The notes: generated from the sequence alone by a model not told the origin. Positions 1 to 9,847 are shown, counted from the stretch's first letter. The stretch: 40,000 nt of DNA from an uncultured Flammeovirgaceae bacterium (GCA_913050055.1 CAJXAT010000002.1:23633-63632), one strand, 5' to 3'. Program-made: numbers and translations.

Positions 1-1
1 G

Positions 2-424
2 AAAGCATTTGCCAAAATTTCTACCCGATTGGTCTCCAATCAAAACAGCGATAAGATCACACAAATGATCATCAAATATTTTGAAGAAAATGCACCCAAA
101 TCTGTAAAAGTGAAGGTAACGCCCCATCATGGAGGAACACCCGCAGTAGTTTCTACCCATTCAAATGGGTATCAAGCAGCAAGTAAGGCATTTGCACAAT
201 CCTGGGGAAAAACACCGATCCCGACGATGGAAGGCGGGAGCATCCCAATCGTTGCTCTGTTCATTCAAGAACTGAAAATAGAACCTATCTTAATGGGCTT
301 TGGTCTCGATTCGGATGACATTCATTCACCCAATGAAAGTTATGGCTTATTTAATTATTATAAAGGAATTGAAACTATTGCTTATTTTTACCATCATTTT
401 TCCCAAGTATCAAAAAATAACTAA
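2..424 (+). CDS. M20/M25/M40-family metallopeptidase (dipeptidase-like), C-terminal fragment; the gene begins upstream of the window
   Basis: The frame is open from base 2 (KAFAKISTRLVSNQ precedes the tracked Met at 29). The C-terminal block GGSIPIV...GFGLDSDDIHSPNESY is typical of the M20 family. Stop TAA at 422-424. Confidence 0.7.
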   Translation, partial: KAFAKISTRLVSNQNSDKITQMIIKYFEENAPKSVKVKVTPHHGGTPAVVSTHSNGYQAASKAFAQSWGKTPIPTMEGGSIPIVALFIQELKIEPILMGFGLDSDDIHSPNESYGLFNYYKGIETIAYFYHHFSQVSKNN

Positions 425-449
425 GGGGTCAATCTATCATTGATAAATT

Positions 450-2414
450 ATGCGCGTTCAATTAATTCTGTTGCTACTTTTAGCTAGTTTTTGGGGTTCA
501 AGTCAAATAATCAAGCCAATCGAATGGCGTCAAAGTATCTCTATTTCAGATGATCAAGCAACGGCTCAAATTATTTTTAATGCGGTCATTGATGCCGATT
601 GGTATTTATATTCCTCTGATTTTGATCCTGAATTAGGTCCTAACGTTACCGAATTTATTTTCACGCCGCATGCGAGTTACAAACTGTTAGGATCTATTCA
701 ACCTCAAGCAGCCTTAAGTGCCTATGATTCTATATTTATGGGTACCTACACCTATTTTAAAAAAACAGGTACGTTTGTTCAAAATATTCAATTAAAAGAT
801 CTCAACTATAGTATTGAGGGCTTCTATAGTTATCAAGTTTGCTCAGATGTTACGGGACTCTGTATACCCCTTGAAGATGATTTCTCTTTTGTTGCACCCT
901 CCATGAGCTCGGCAGCCTTCTCCGAAGAAAAAGCAGGACCAAATGAAAGCGTTTTTGACATGCGAGCAGCCAATGCCCCCTATCCCCTCCTTTCCTTTGT
1001 GCTGATCGCCTTTCTCGCTGGGCTTACGGCCCTCCTTACCCCTTGTGTCTTTCCTATGATTCCTATGACCGTTACTTATTTTACAGGAAAAAATAAAAGT
1101 AAGGCAACGAGAATTAAAAATAGCCTTTTTTATGGTCTATCCATCATCGGAATTCATGTGCTCTTCGGTGCTATTATTGCCCCATTTATGGGGCCAGAAA
1201 TCGCAAATGAATTGGCCACAGGATGGTTTCCAAATGTTTTATTTTTTATTGTATTCGTCTTTTTTGCCCTTTCTTTTTTCGGTCTTTTTGAGATTACTCT
1301 TCCCCACAAATGGGTGAATAAAGTAGATCGAATGGGAGATCAAGGTGGCCTAATCGGTGTCTTTTTTATGGCCTTAACTTTAGTTTTAGTTTCCTTCAGT
1401 TGCACCGGACCCATTGTAGGTACGATATTAGTGGAATCGGCTGGAGGACTGGTACTCAAGCCGATTTTAGGAATGCTGGCTTTTTCTACAGCCTTTGCCA
1501 TCCCATTCATGCTTTTTGCTTTATTTCCCGGCTGGCTCGGATCTCTACCCAAATCAGGAAGTTGGCTCAACTCAGTAAAAGTAGTACTGGGTTTTCTGGA
1601 ATTGGCTTTTGCCTTTAAATTTCTAAGTATCGCTGACCAAGCCTATCACTGGGGCATTTTAGACCGTGAAATTTATTTAGCTCTATGGATTGCTATTTTC
1701 ACCTTATTGAGTTTTTATTTGCTTGGTACCTTTCGAATGCCTGGAGATTCTAAGGCAAAAAATACTTCAGTGTTGGGATTAATTTTAGCCATCATCAGTT
1801 TTTCATTTGTGTTTTATCTCATTCCAGGACTTTTTGGGGCCCCCCTAAAAGGAATGTCTGGCTATTTACCTCCCATCTCAGGACAAGATTTCAATGTAAG
1901 TTCATCAAATCAAACAATACTTAATAACAATTTATCTGGTTTGTGTGAAGCGCCAAAATATAGTGATTTTCTTGAGCTCCCTCATAGACTATCAGGTTAT
2001 TTTGATTTAGAGCAAGCCAAGGAATGTGCTCTTGCGACTGGAAAGCCCATATTTATAGACTTTACAGGCCATGGATGTGTCAACTGCCGAGAAATGGAGG
2101 CGCGTGTATGGTCGGATTCAAGAATTCTCAAACGATTATCTGAAAACTTCATCGTAGTTGCCTTGTATGTAGATGACAAAACGGCTTTGCCAAAGAATCA
2201 ATGGTATAAATCTTCTTACGACGGTAAGACAAAAAAAACGATAGGTAAGCAAAATGCAGATTTACAAATTACCCAATTTAAAAACAATGCTCAACCCCTT
2301 TATATCATCATGACTGCTGAGGGTCAATTGCTTGTCGATCCTATCTCCTATAATTTAGACATTCCATCCTTTCTCTCATTTTTGGACCTTGGGCATACCA
2401 ATTTCAGGAAATAA
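450..2414 (+). CDS. dsbD: Thiol:disulfide interchange protein, DsbD family (membrane electron transporter with C-terminal thioredoxin domain)
   Basis: 654 aa. It has a signal peptide and a multi-TM CcdA/DsbD core with the two conserved membrane cysteines (LTPCVFPMIP, SFSCTGPIVG). The C-terminal thioredoxin fold carries a CxxC (GHGCVNCREME). Confidence 0.88.
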   Translation: MRVQLILLLLLASFWGSSQIIKPIEWRQSISISDDQATAQIIFNAVIDADWYLYSSDFDPELGPNVTEFIFTPHASYKLLGSIQPQAALSAYDSIFMGTYTYFKKTGTFVQNIQLKDLNYSIEGFYSYQVCSDVTGLCIPLEDDFSFVAPSMSSAAFSEEKAGPNESVFDMRAANAPYPLLSFVLIAFLAGLTALLTPCVFPMIPMTVTYFTGKNKSKATRIKNSLFYGLSIIGIHVLFGAIIAPFMGPEIANELATGWFPNVLFFIVFVFFALSFFGLFEITLPHKWVNKVDRMGDQGGLIGVFFMALTLVLVSFSCTGPIVGTILVESAGGLVLKPILGMLAFSTAFAIPFMLFALFPGWLGSLPKSGSWLNSVKVVLGFLELAFAFKFLSIADQAYHWGILDREIYLALWIAIFTLLSFYLLGTFRMPGDSKAKNTSVLGLILAIISFSFVFYLIPGLFGAPLKGMSGYLPPISGQDFNVSSSNQTILNNNLSGLCEAPKYSDFLELPHRLSGYFDLEQAKECALATGKPIFIDFTGHGCVNCREMEARVWSDSRILKRLSENFIVVALYVDDKTALPKNQWYKSSYDGKTKKTIGKQNADLQITQFKNNAQPLYIIMTAEGQLLVDPISYNLDIPSFLSFLDLGHTNFRK

Positions 2415-2424
2415 GACTACGCAC

Positions 2425-3669
2425 ATGAAAGTCCCTCATATAATCTCTTTATCCCTTTTAGTACTTTTTCATGCTTGTGATTCCGTGGTCAAGCAAGTAC
2501 CCAAAAAAGAGACTATTGAATCCCTCCCGCAGGAAGCTCCAAAGCCAAAATTATTATTTGGCCTTACTGTAGATTCGTCTGGAGTCATAGTAGGGAAAAT
2601 AAAACGAAACCAAACGCTTTCCGCTATTCTTCAAAATTTTGGTGTATCCGATGCCAAAATTTATGCAATTGCCCAGACTTCAAAAAATATTTATGACCTA
2701 CGCAAACTTAACATAGGTAAAAAATATTCGATTATTCATAAAATGGATTCAAATAAGACCGTTGACTATTTTATTTTTGAACCTGATTTGAAATCTTTTG
2801 TTGTTTTTTCCTTAGGTGATTCTATCTATACACGCGTCTACCGTAAGAAGATAGATGTCATTGAAAGAAGTATTGCTGCCGAGATTCATTCATCCCTATA
2901 TGAAACAGCAATAGATATCGGAGCCCCTCCTTTATTGGTAAGTAAACTCGTCGATGTACTTGCTTGGCAAGTTGACTTTTTCAGAATACAAGAAGGAGAT
3001 AAGTTCAAGGTCATTTATGAGGAAGAAAGTATTGAAGGAAAACCTATTGGCATTAAGCAAATCAAGGGTGTCTATTTTGAGCATTTTGATAAGATATTTT
3101 ATGGTATTCGATACAGCGTAGATCAAAAAGAAGATTATTTTGACCGGGACGGTAACAGCTTAAGAAAGACTTTTTTAAGAGCTCCACTGAATTACAGGAG
3201 AATAAGTTCTCGATATTCAGGTCGTCGCTATCATCCTGTTCAAAAAAGATATAAGGCCCATTTAGGAACAGATTATGCAGCCGCTACGGGCACACCCATT
3301 CACTCGGTCGGTGAAGGCGTCGTTGTGGAAGCCAAATATGGGCGCTATAATGGAAATTATGTTAAAATAAAGCATAGTAGTACCTATTCAACCCAATACT
3401 TACACATGCAGAAAATTAAGCGAGGTATCAGGCCAGGCGTCCAAGTTGAACAAGGTCAAACTATTGGATTTGTGGGAAGCACAGGACTGGCCACCGGACC
3501 ACACCTCTGCTTTCGCTTCTGGAAGAATAACAAACAAGTAGATGTATTAAAAGTAGATTTACCTCCTTCAGATCCCATCAATCCCAAAGCACTCAATGAT
3601 TTTTTGCATGAAAAAAATAGGGTTATAAAAAAATTAGAACAATTATCTTTTATAGTTCCGCAAGCATGA
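2425..3669 (+). CDS. M23-family metalloendopeptidase (peptidoglycan hydrolase type), probable lipoprotein
   Basis: Contains the M23 zinc-site blocks HLGTDYAA and GSTGLATGPHLCFRFW. I prefer ATG 2425 (MKVPHIISLSLLVLFHAC, a lipoprotein-type signal) over the tracked start at 2389, which overlaps dsbD. Confidence 0.85.
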   Translation: MKVPHIISLSLLVLFHACDSVVKQVPKKETIESLPQEAPKPKLLFGLTVDSSGVIVGKIKRNQTLSAILQNFGVSDAKIYAIAQTSKNIYDLRKLNIGKKYSIIHKMDSNKTVDYFIFEPDLKSFVVFSLGDSIYTRVYRKKIDVIERSIAAEIHSSLYETAIDIGAPPLLVSKLVDVLAWQVDFFRIQEGDKFKVIYEEESIEGKPIGIKQIKGVYFEHFDKIFYGIRYSVDQKEDYFDRDGNSLRKTFLRAPLNYRRISSRYSGRRYHPVQKRYKAHLGTDYAAATGTPIHSVGEGVVVEAKYGRYNGNYVKIKHSSTYSTQYLHMQKIKRGIRPGVQVEQGQTIGFVGSTGLATGPHLCFRFWKNNKQVDVLKVDLPPSDPINPKALNDFLHEKNRVIKKLEQLSFIVPQA

Positions 3670-3711
3670 TTAGAATGCCCCAATAGATTACCAAATTATA
3701 GAACTTAGGTC

Positions 3712-3783
3712 CCCTCTTCTCATTTTTTAGGCCCTAGGATTGTTCAGTGGGTGCTAACATATCTAATCCCTTAGAGAAGAGGG
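3712..3783. other. Extended imperfect hairpin / inverted repeat in an intergenic spacer
   Basis: CCCTCTTCTC (3712-3721) is the perfect reverse complement of GAGAAGAGGG (3774-3783). An inner helix pairs GGATT (3737-3741) with AATCC (3765-3769). No U-tract follows on either strand. Confidence 0.4.
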
Positions 3784-3861
3784 CTTAAATAAAACAAGCC
3801 CAAATTGCCCTCATCTAAACCATTTTTAATATCTTCGATACAATAAAAAAATTATTTCTCT

Positions 3862-4245
3862 ATGAAAAAAATCATTCCTTACTCATTGATAATATTTTCT
3901 TTGTTATCATGTAGAGATGAAGTTAAACTGCAAGGAACATGGGATGCTGTTTGGGAAACTTCACCCGAATCCTTTGGTGAAATAGCGGGTATTGAAAGTT
4001 TTATCATGAATGGTAAGTTTATTTTTCACGGTGATTCCATCACCATCGTTGCTCATGGCTATAAAGGTTGTGTCTTCGGAGTTGATACCATTCAGCATTC
4101 CCAAACATGGAACATACAGAATGATACCCTTTATCTTGTGAATGAAAGCAACCTGCAAGGAATATCTTATTTTGTCAAATCCAAAGATGAAAACTCCATT
4201 GAATTACAACTCATGGAAGACATTTTTATTCATCTTAAAAAATAA
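3862..4245 (+). CDS. Hypothetical small lipoprotein
   Basis: 127 aa with a signal peptide and lipobox (IFSLLSC). I recognise no family. The next gene starts 3 nt after its stop. Confidence 0.6.
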   Translation: MKKIIPYSLIIFSLLSCRDEVKLQGTWDAVWETSPESFGEIAGIESFIMNGKFIFHGDSITIVAHGYKGCVFGVDTIQHSQTWNIQNDTLYLVNESNLQGISYFVKSKDENSIELQLMEDIFIHLKK

Positions 4246-4247
4246 AT

Positions 4248-4778
4248 ATGAAAAATTATCTCGTCCTACTCTTATTTTCTTTGAGCTCATTTAGCCTGCT
4301 CAGTCAAAGTTTATACGATTACGACATCGATGCTAGGTTACTAGAATTAGGAATTACCCTCAATGAACCGAGTCAGCCTGTAGGCAATTATGTCAACAGC
4401 ATCCGAACAGGAAATCTCATCTATATGGCAGGACTCGGTCCGCTCGGTCCCAATGGATACATAATCGGTAAACTGGGACAAGATTTAAGTATAGCAGAGG
4501 GTTACGACGCGGCTCGGTATACAGCCATCTCTCAATTGACGGCTTTAAAGGCTGAAATAGGAGATCTCAATAAGGTAAAAAGAATCGTTAAAGTATTTGG
4601 CATGGTCAACTCCACCTCCACTTTTACCCAACAACCCGCAGTAATCAATGGTTTCTCAGATTTAATGATAGCCGTTTTTGAAGATAGAGGAAGACACGCC
4701 CGTGCAGCTGTCGGTATGGTTGCCTTACCTATGAATATCTGTCTAGAGATAGAAATGATTGTTGAAGTAGAACCCTAA
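4248..4778 (+). CDS. RidA/YjgF/UK114-family protein with an N-terminal signal-like segment
   Basis: The mature part shows YjgF-family blocks (GNLIYMAGLGP ... HARAAVGMVALPMNICLEIEMIVEV). The N-terminus MKNYLVLLLFSLSSFSLLSQS looks like a secretion signal. Confidence 0.7.
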   Translation: MKNYLVLLLFSLSSFSLLSQSLYDYDIDARLLELGITLNEPSQPVGNYVNSIRTGNLIYMAGLGPLGPNGYIIGKLGQDLSIAEGYDAARYTAISQLTALKAEIGDLNKVKRIVKVFGMVNSTSTFTQQPAVINGFSDLMIAVFEDRGRHARAAVGMVALPMNICLEIEMIVEVEP

Positions 4779-4796
4779 GTAGAGGCTCAACCATTT

Positions 4797-5705
4797 TCAT
4801 AGGGACCTTAATGACAACTGTTTTTGTAAAATAGCCATACCTTCATCAAAACTGTGGGGTTTATAATTTAATTCGGTAATGGCTTTATCTAAAATAAATC
4901 CTGTTCTCGCGGGTCGCTGAGCTGGCTGGGTAAATACACTTCCATCTACCTCTTTAATCAGGGACGCATCTAACTTAAAAAAATGCGCTGTTTTTAATGC
5001 CATATCATGGGGAGTAAGCAGATCTTTACCTGATATATTAAAAATTCCTTCTGCCTTTTTTTGTGCAATGGCCATGCAACCCAAAGCCAAGTCTTCAGCC
5101 AAGGTAGGTGTCCTCCATTGGTCATTGATTACTTGTATTTTTTTCCCCTGCTCTAGACTATGCTTTATCCATAAAATTATATTCGACTTTGACATATCAT
5201 GTGCGATTCCATAAACCAAAACCGTGCGGACAATGGCACTTTTGACAGGTGAGGCCTTTAATAAATCTTCTGAAGCTAACTTGCTCTTTCCATAATAACT
5301 TAAGGGATGGGCTAGCGCCTCTTCAGCGTAAGGACCTGCCAAACCATCAAAAATAAAATCTGTCGACAGCTGGATGAGTAAAGCATTTGCCTCAATGCAA
5401 CCCGCTATTAAATATTCTAAAGCCGTTACATTTTGTGACCAGCATGCTTCTTGATGAGTTTCGCATTGATCCACATGCGTCATGGCCGCACAATTGATCA
5501 CCACATCAGGATTAATTTCTTTGAGGACCGTCGACACCTCCTCTCGAGAGGTAACATCTAACTTCCTATATTCATATTTTCCAGGTGGATTACGATTTTC
5601 GCCTCTACTCGTAGCTATAAAAGAAATCTCTTGCAGCGAAGCTGATAGACTGACTAATTTCTGCCCTAATAGGCCATTGGCCCCCGTAACTAATAGCTTC
5701 ATCAT
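4797..5705 (-). CDS. SDR-family NAD(P)-dependent oxidoreductase, RmlD (dTDP-4-dehydrorhamnose reductase)-like
   Basis: Rossmann motif VTGANGLLGQ, catalytic YxxxK (YGKSK), and about 300 aa as in RmlD-like reductases. The start is ATG 5705 or 5702 (MM) and overlaps the upstream gene's stop. Confidence 0.75.
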   Translation of the reverse strand: MMKLLVTGANGLLGQKLVSLSASLQEISFIATSRGENRNPPGKYEYRKLDVTSREEVSTVLKEINPDVVINCAAMTHVDQCETHQEACWSQNVTALEYLIAGCIEANALLIQLSTDFIFDGLAGPYAEEALAHPLSYYGKSKLASEDLLKASPVKSAIVRTVLVYGIAHDMSKSNIILWIKHSLEQGKKIQVINDQWRTPTLAEDLALGCMAIAQKKAEGIFNISGKDLLTPHDMALKTAHFFKLDASLIKEVDGSVFTQPAQRPARTGFILDKAITELNYKPHSFDEGMAILQKQLSLRSL

Positions 5706-6541
5706 AATTCTTTAGGATACCTGTAACCATATTTTTCAGTAATTTCTTTTTTAGGTACCTCCTCGATTTCCATGGTCATAAAAAGTTCCTCAATCGGTCG
5801 GTTGGCTCGTCCTACCGATACGCTTGCGATTTGATCAACCACGTCTAAGCCCGCAACCACACGACCAAAAATTGTGTATTCATTATCCAAGTGCGGAGCC
5901 CCTCCCAAGGTCGTGTAAGTTTCCAGTCGATCCAATGCCATGTCTTTGCGCAGTGAAATCCCTTGAACAGACTCCACTAATTCCACATATCTAAGGGCCA
6001 ATTGATTCATTTCTTCAATTTTATTTTCCCTTTGCAAATTGATAAATTGTTGGGCTATGGTATCATAGCTGGGATTCTTCATTAACTCACTCAAACCCTG
6101 ATTTAATGCAAATTGATCTATTGTTAACTCTTCTATGCTGAATATTTTACCATGGACAATATAAAATTGACTTGCCGAAGACATTTTTTCTGGGTTAATG
6201 CGATCAGGTTGCCTGGCTGCAGCTAACGCACCTTTAGTATGCATGAAATCACTCATGATTTCGGCAGGAATACGATCCGCTAAAGATTCCTGTGTCCCTT
6301 CTTTTTCATTGATATTTCCGCCCTGGACCATAAACCCTTTCATAACCCGATGCCACAAAGTACTGTCATACTTTCCCGTCCGCACCAACTCGATAAAGTT
6401 TTTCTTATGGAGTGGTGTTTCGTCGTATAAAAGCACTTTGATGGTTCCAAATTGGGTATTGATATTGACTAAGATATCTTTATCAGAATTACAACCCTGT
6501 AAAACCATCATTAACCCCATTATGATTACTATTTTTTTCAT
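5702..6541 (-). CDS. Peptidyl-prolyl cis-trans isomerase, cyclophilin type, probable lipoprotein
   Basis: Cyclophilin blocks WHRVMKGFMVQGG and YTIFGRVVAGLDVVD, with a long insertion between them. The signal peptide ends in the lipobox LQGC. Confidence 0.85.
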   Translation of the reverse strand: MKKIVIIMGLMMVLQGCNSDKDILVNINTQFGTIKVLLYDETPLHKKNFIELVRTGKYDSTLWHRVMKGFMVQGGNINEKEGTQESLADRIPAEIMSDFMHTKGALAAARQPDRINPEKMSSASQFYIVHGKIFSIEELTIDQFALNQGLSELMKNPSYDTIAQQFINLQRENKIEEMNQLALRYVELVESVQGISLRKDMALDRLETYTTLGGAPHLDNEYTIFGRVVAGLDVVDQIASVSVGRANRPIEELFMTMEIEEVPKKEITEKYGYRYPKEL

Positions 6542-6556
6542 ATTCTTCCCTAAATT

Positions 6557-7471
6557 TCAAATTTGTTCCCTTATCTCTTTTAAAATATTTTGGCCTCCCG
6601 CTTCTAAAACCTCTAAAGCCAAGCAAATTCCAAGATCTTTAGGATCATAACTGGATCGCTTTTTTAATATCTTTTGCTTGCCATCTAGGCTAATGATACC
6701 CCCCCTTAGAATAATGCCATTTTGATCAGAAGTTGCATGTGCAAAAACAGGAATGCTACAACCCCCTTCAAATTTTTCAAGAAAGGCACGTTCTGCGATG
6801 ACCTCGGTCGCCGTGTGCGCATCATTTAACTTCGATGTAATTTGAGCTCTTATTGAAGGGTCTAATGAGCTATGCGCTTCAATGGCAATGCTCCCTTGGC
6901 CCACCGCCGGAACCCATACTTTTTCATCAAAGACATATTGAATCATACTTTCATAATTCATCCTTTGTATCCCAGCATAAGCCAATATCAAGGCATCACA
7001 ATGTCCCGCCTTCATTTTCTCAATTCTTGTCTGCAAGTTTCCTCTCATATCTACCGTTTCTGCATGAGGGTAAAAATGTCTCAGACAGGCCACGCGGCGT
7101 GTTGATGAGGTTCCAATGACAAGCGGTGTAGCTAAATTAACTTTATTTGGACTGATCAAAACATCATTGGGTTGTGCTCTTGGACCAAAGGCAATAATTT
7201 CAAATGATTCAGGCAACACCGATGGCATATCTTTGGCGCTGTGAACGGCTATATCTATTTCTCCATTTTGGAGTTTTTGTTCTAATTCTTCAGTAAAAAC
7301 TCCTTTCGAACCTATTTTAGAAATGGCTACATCCAAAACGCGATCGCCCTGAGTTGATATGGGTGCCAGCTCTGAAGCAATGCCCTCATTAGCCAGTTGG
7401 GTTTTTACCGAATGAGCTTGCCACAAAGCCAGTTTACTTTTACGCGTTCCTATGACAATTGGCCTATCCAC
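6557..7471 (-). CDS. hemC: Hydroxymethylbilane synthase (porphobilinogen deaminase)
   Basis: IGTRKSKLALWQA N-terminus, GNLQTRIEK block, cofactor-binding cysteine context GGCSIP, 304 aa. Confidence 0.93.
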   Translation of the reverse strand: MDRPIVIGTRKSKLALWQAHSVKTQLANEGIASELAPISTQGDRVLDVAISKIGSKGVFTEELEQKLQNGEIDIAVHSAKDMPSVLPESFEIIAFGPRAQPNDVLISPNKVNLATPLVIGTSSTRRVACLRHFYPHAETVDMRGNLQTRIEKMKAGHCDALILAYAGIQRMNYESMIQYVFDEKVWVPAVGQGSIAIEAHSSLDPSIRAQITSKLNDAHTATEVIAERAFLEKFEGGCSIPVFAHATSDQNGIILRGGIISLDGKQKILKKRSSYDPKDLGICLALEVLEAGGQNILKEIREQI

Positions 7472-8588
7472 GGTGGGTTCTAATAATATAGGAAAGCCTG
7501 ATACTTAAAGCTAATTGGGCCATCTGTGGATGAGCATGACGCTCTAAATAATACAAGGTTTCTGAAAGATCTTTATAAATGAGTTCAAGTCCTTGAAGAT
7601 TAATAGCATGACTAAATTTCAATATGAACACACGCTCAGCGCCTTGCGAGGAGATTAAATCTTCTGCTCCTTTAACCAAAATTGCATTACGAATCATCTC
7701 GAGTGCCCAACGCATTTTAATCTGTTGTTTTGCCCTTGATATTTGCTTGAATTGCTCACTCATCCGAGATAAAAAGTCATATTTAGCTCCTATACAATTT
7801 CGCATCCAATCAATGAACCAATACAGCTCATCCTCATTACCTTCTTTTAAATCGGCTACTGCATTCGGTAAGCTCCCATTTGAGAACCGATATGCCTTGA
7901 TCGCATCTTCGGCACTAGCACCCTTATTTTTAACCAAGTATCCCATCATTTCGCCCTCTGAAAATGAGGGAACGGTAACCAACTGCAAACGAGAGATAAT
8001 GGTTTTTAGTAAATCTTCATAATGATAAGTAACCATCAAATACAAAGTATTTTCGGGAGGTTCTTCCAACACTTTTAAAATGGCGTTGGCTGCCGCCCCA
8101 TTCATTTTTTCAGGATACCAAATAATCAAAATTTTGAGTCCGCCCTCAAAAGATTTCATATTCACTGTTTGTACAATTTTTTTTGCTTCCGCCTTACTTA
8201 TCTGATTTTGCTTGTTTTCCGTATCCAGTGCACTGATAAGATCGCCCAGAGCAGCATAAGGCTGTTCAATGATCAATTCCCTCCAAACTTCATTCACCCT
8301 AGACTGTTGCTTCCCATCCTCTTTTTCCGGTTTGGCTGAAGGGAAAAAATAATGAACATCAGGATGTATGTGCTTGGCCATTTTTTGACATGTCGGACAA
8401 CTTCCACAAGCATCTGTTGCTTCTTTATTCTCACAGAGTAAATAGGTGGCATAGGCAATGGCCAAAGGCAGGGCCGCACCGCCTTCCTTTCCACTGAATA
8501 ATTGAGCATGTGCCAGATGGTTTCGCTGATATGATAAAACCAATGTTTCTTTTAAGGCGAGCAGTCCCGGAATCTCCTCAAATCTCAT
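7464..8588 (-). CDS. holB: DNA polymerase III delta-prime subunit (clamp-loader AAA+ protein)
   Basis: HAQLFSGKEGGA P-loop-like region, zinc module CGSCPTCQK, ISRLQ sensor motif. There is an 8-nt overlap with the hemC start. Confidence 0.8.
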   Translation of the reverse strand: MRFEEIPGLLALKETLVLSYQRNHLAHAQLFSGKEGGAALPLAIAYATYLLCENKEATDACGSCPTCQKMAKHIHPDVHYFFPSAKPEKEDGKQQSRVNEVWRELIIEQPYAALGDLISALDTENKQNQISKAEAKKIVQTVNMKSFEGGLKILIIWYPEKMNGAAANAILKVLEEPPENTLYLMVTYHYEDLLKTIISRLQLVTVPSFSEGEMMGYLVKNKGASAEDAIKAYRFSNGSLPNAVADLKEGNEDELYWFIDWMRNCIGAKYDFLSRMSEQFKQISRAKQQIKMRWALEMIRNAILVKGAEDLISSQGAERVFILKFSHAINLQGLELIYKDLSETLYYLERHAHPQMAQLALSIRLSYIIRTHRG

Positions 8589-8603
8589 CTCTTAATGACT
8601 CGT

Positions 8604-9803
8604 TTACTCATTATTTATTCTTATTTCCCAAGTGCGTTCATCTTGAGTTTGGGTAAACACGTTTTTAAGTATTCCCTTCTGATGGTCCTCTAAATATTTA
8701 CTCCTTCTCCTCATGACCAGATCCGTTGTTTCAAGCATTTTATCAATCCGATGGGTAATAAAACCTTGTTTTACCCCCCAAGAAAAAGAAGGAATTAAAT
8801 TTTTTTGTACTCCAGAACCCAAAATATTTGCTCCCACGCCTACCGTGGTTCCGGTATTGAACTGCGAAGCAATACTGCATTTAGTATAATCCCCCATGAT
8901 CATTCCACAAAACTGTAATCCTGTATCTATGTATTTTTTACTATAAAAATCCCACATCTTAATGGTAGAATAATTCAGCTTCAGATTTGAATTATTCGTT
9001 CCCGCTCCTAAGTTACACCATTCTCCGATGACCGAATTTCCCAAAAATCCATAATGGGCTTTATTGGTAAACCCTTGAATCACTGTTTGAGAGATTTCTC
9101 CACCGACCTTTGAGTGAGGGCCTATGGTCACCTGTTCTCTGATCGCAGCCCCCATTTTAATTTCACTATGCTCATTCATGGCAAATGGTCCGCGAATAAT
9201 GGCACCTTCCCCTATTCTACAATTTTTGCCAATATAGATGGGGCCACGCTCCGCATTAAGGATGGCCGCTCTGATGGTCACTCCGGATTCAATATATATA
9301 TCGGACCCATAAGTGCGGATATGGGGATCTGCGATTGACTGCGATATTTGATCTTGGGTAACTAATTTGAAATCTTTTTTTATCTGTTTCCCATTTTGTA
9401 TGAAAATATCCCATCCATAGTTTATTTGATCTAATGAATCATTCCACTGGATCCAATCGTAGTTTGACCCTGCAAATCCCTCATCGGTATACAGGGCAAT
9501 CATAACGCCTTCGTAAATAATGCCTGTGCCTTTTTTTAACCCTTTAATGGAAGCTACAAGTTGTTCGTTGGGCATTACACTCCCATTGATAACCCATATT
9601 CCAGAGGCATCCCTTGGCTTCGTATATTGGCCCATCAAATAATCCAAAGTAAAATAACCAACCAGATCGGCCTTAAGGTAATGCTCCCATTTTTCTCTAA
9701 TGGTAAGAATCCCCACCCGCAGCTCACATGAAGGCTTCGTGTGGGTCAATGGCCATAACCGTTGATGGCGCTCGGGGTCATCCCAAAATGCTATTTTACG
9801 CAT
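8604..9803 (-). CDS. GlmU-like putative sugar nucleotidyltransferase/acyltransferase with a left-handed beta-helix
   Basis: 399 aa. The C-terminal half is built of hexapeptide repeats (IGKNCRIGEGAIIRGPFAMNEHSEIKMGAAIREQVTIGPHSKVGGEI...). The N-terminal region is nucleotidyltransferase-like. Confidence 0.65.
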   Translation of the reverse strand: MRKIAFWDDPERHQRLWPLTHTKPSCELRVGILTIREKWEHYLKADLVGYFTLDYLMGQYTKPRDASGIWVINGSVMPNEQLVASIKGLKKGTGIIYEGVMIALYTDEGFAGSNYDWIQWNDSLDQINYGWDIFIQNGKQIKKDFKLVTQDQISQSIADPHIRTYGSDIYIESGVTIRAAILNAERGPIYIGKNCRIGEGAIIRGPFAMNEHSEIKMGAAIREQVTIGPHSKVGGEISQTVIQGFTNKAHYGFLGNSVIGEWCNLGAGTNNSNLKLNYSTIKMWDFYSKKYIDTGLQFCGMIMGDYTKCSIASQFNTGTTVGVGANILGSGVQKNLIPSFSWGVKQGFITHRIDKMLETTDLVMRRRSKYLEDHQKGILKNVFTQTQDERTWEIRINNE

Positions 9804-9807
9804 ACCC

Positions 9808-9847
9808 CAAAAATAAAAAAAGTCTCCAAGAATATTCTTGAAGACTT
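9808..9847 (-). terminator. Rho-independent terminator of rpmE
   Basis: On the minus strand, AAGTCTTCAAGA-ATAT-TCTTGGAGACTT forms a 12-bp stem including one G-U pair, followed by TTTTTTTATTTTT. The same position is a C-A mismatch on the plus strand, which supports minus-strand function. It lies 22 nt after the rpmE stop. Confidence 0.75.

Noticed and set aside
2389-2424. Upstream alternative starts in the ORF track. The same issue applies to 26338-26406 for ispF, 19054-19089 for the bestrophin gene and 36734-36775.
   Set aside because: These are non-ATG or overlapping starts that add non-conserved residues. The internal ATGs give proper signal peptides or family-typical N-termini.
6198-6650. 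Antisense ORFs inside well-supported genes. Examples: 6198-6650, 7624-8022, 21792-22067, 27782-28090, 29677-30045, 12627-12923 and 23496-23795.
   Set aside because: Each lies opposite a gene with strong family motifs. Their compositions are low-complexity or biased, and I recognise no domains. They are typical shadow ORFs.
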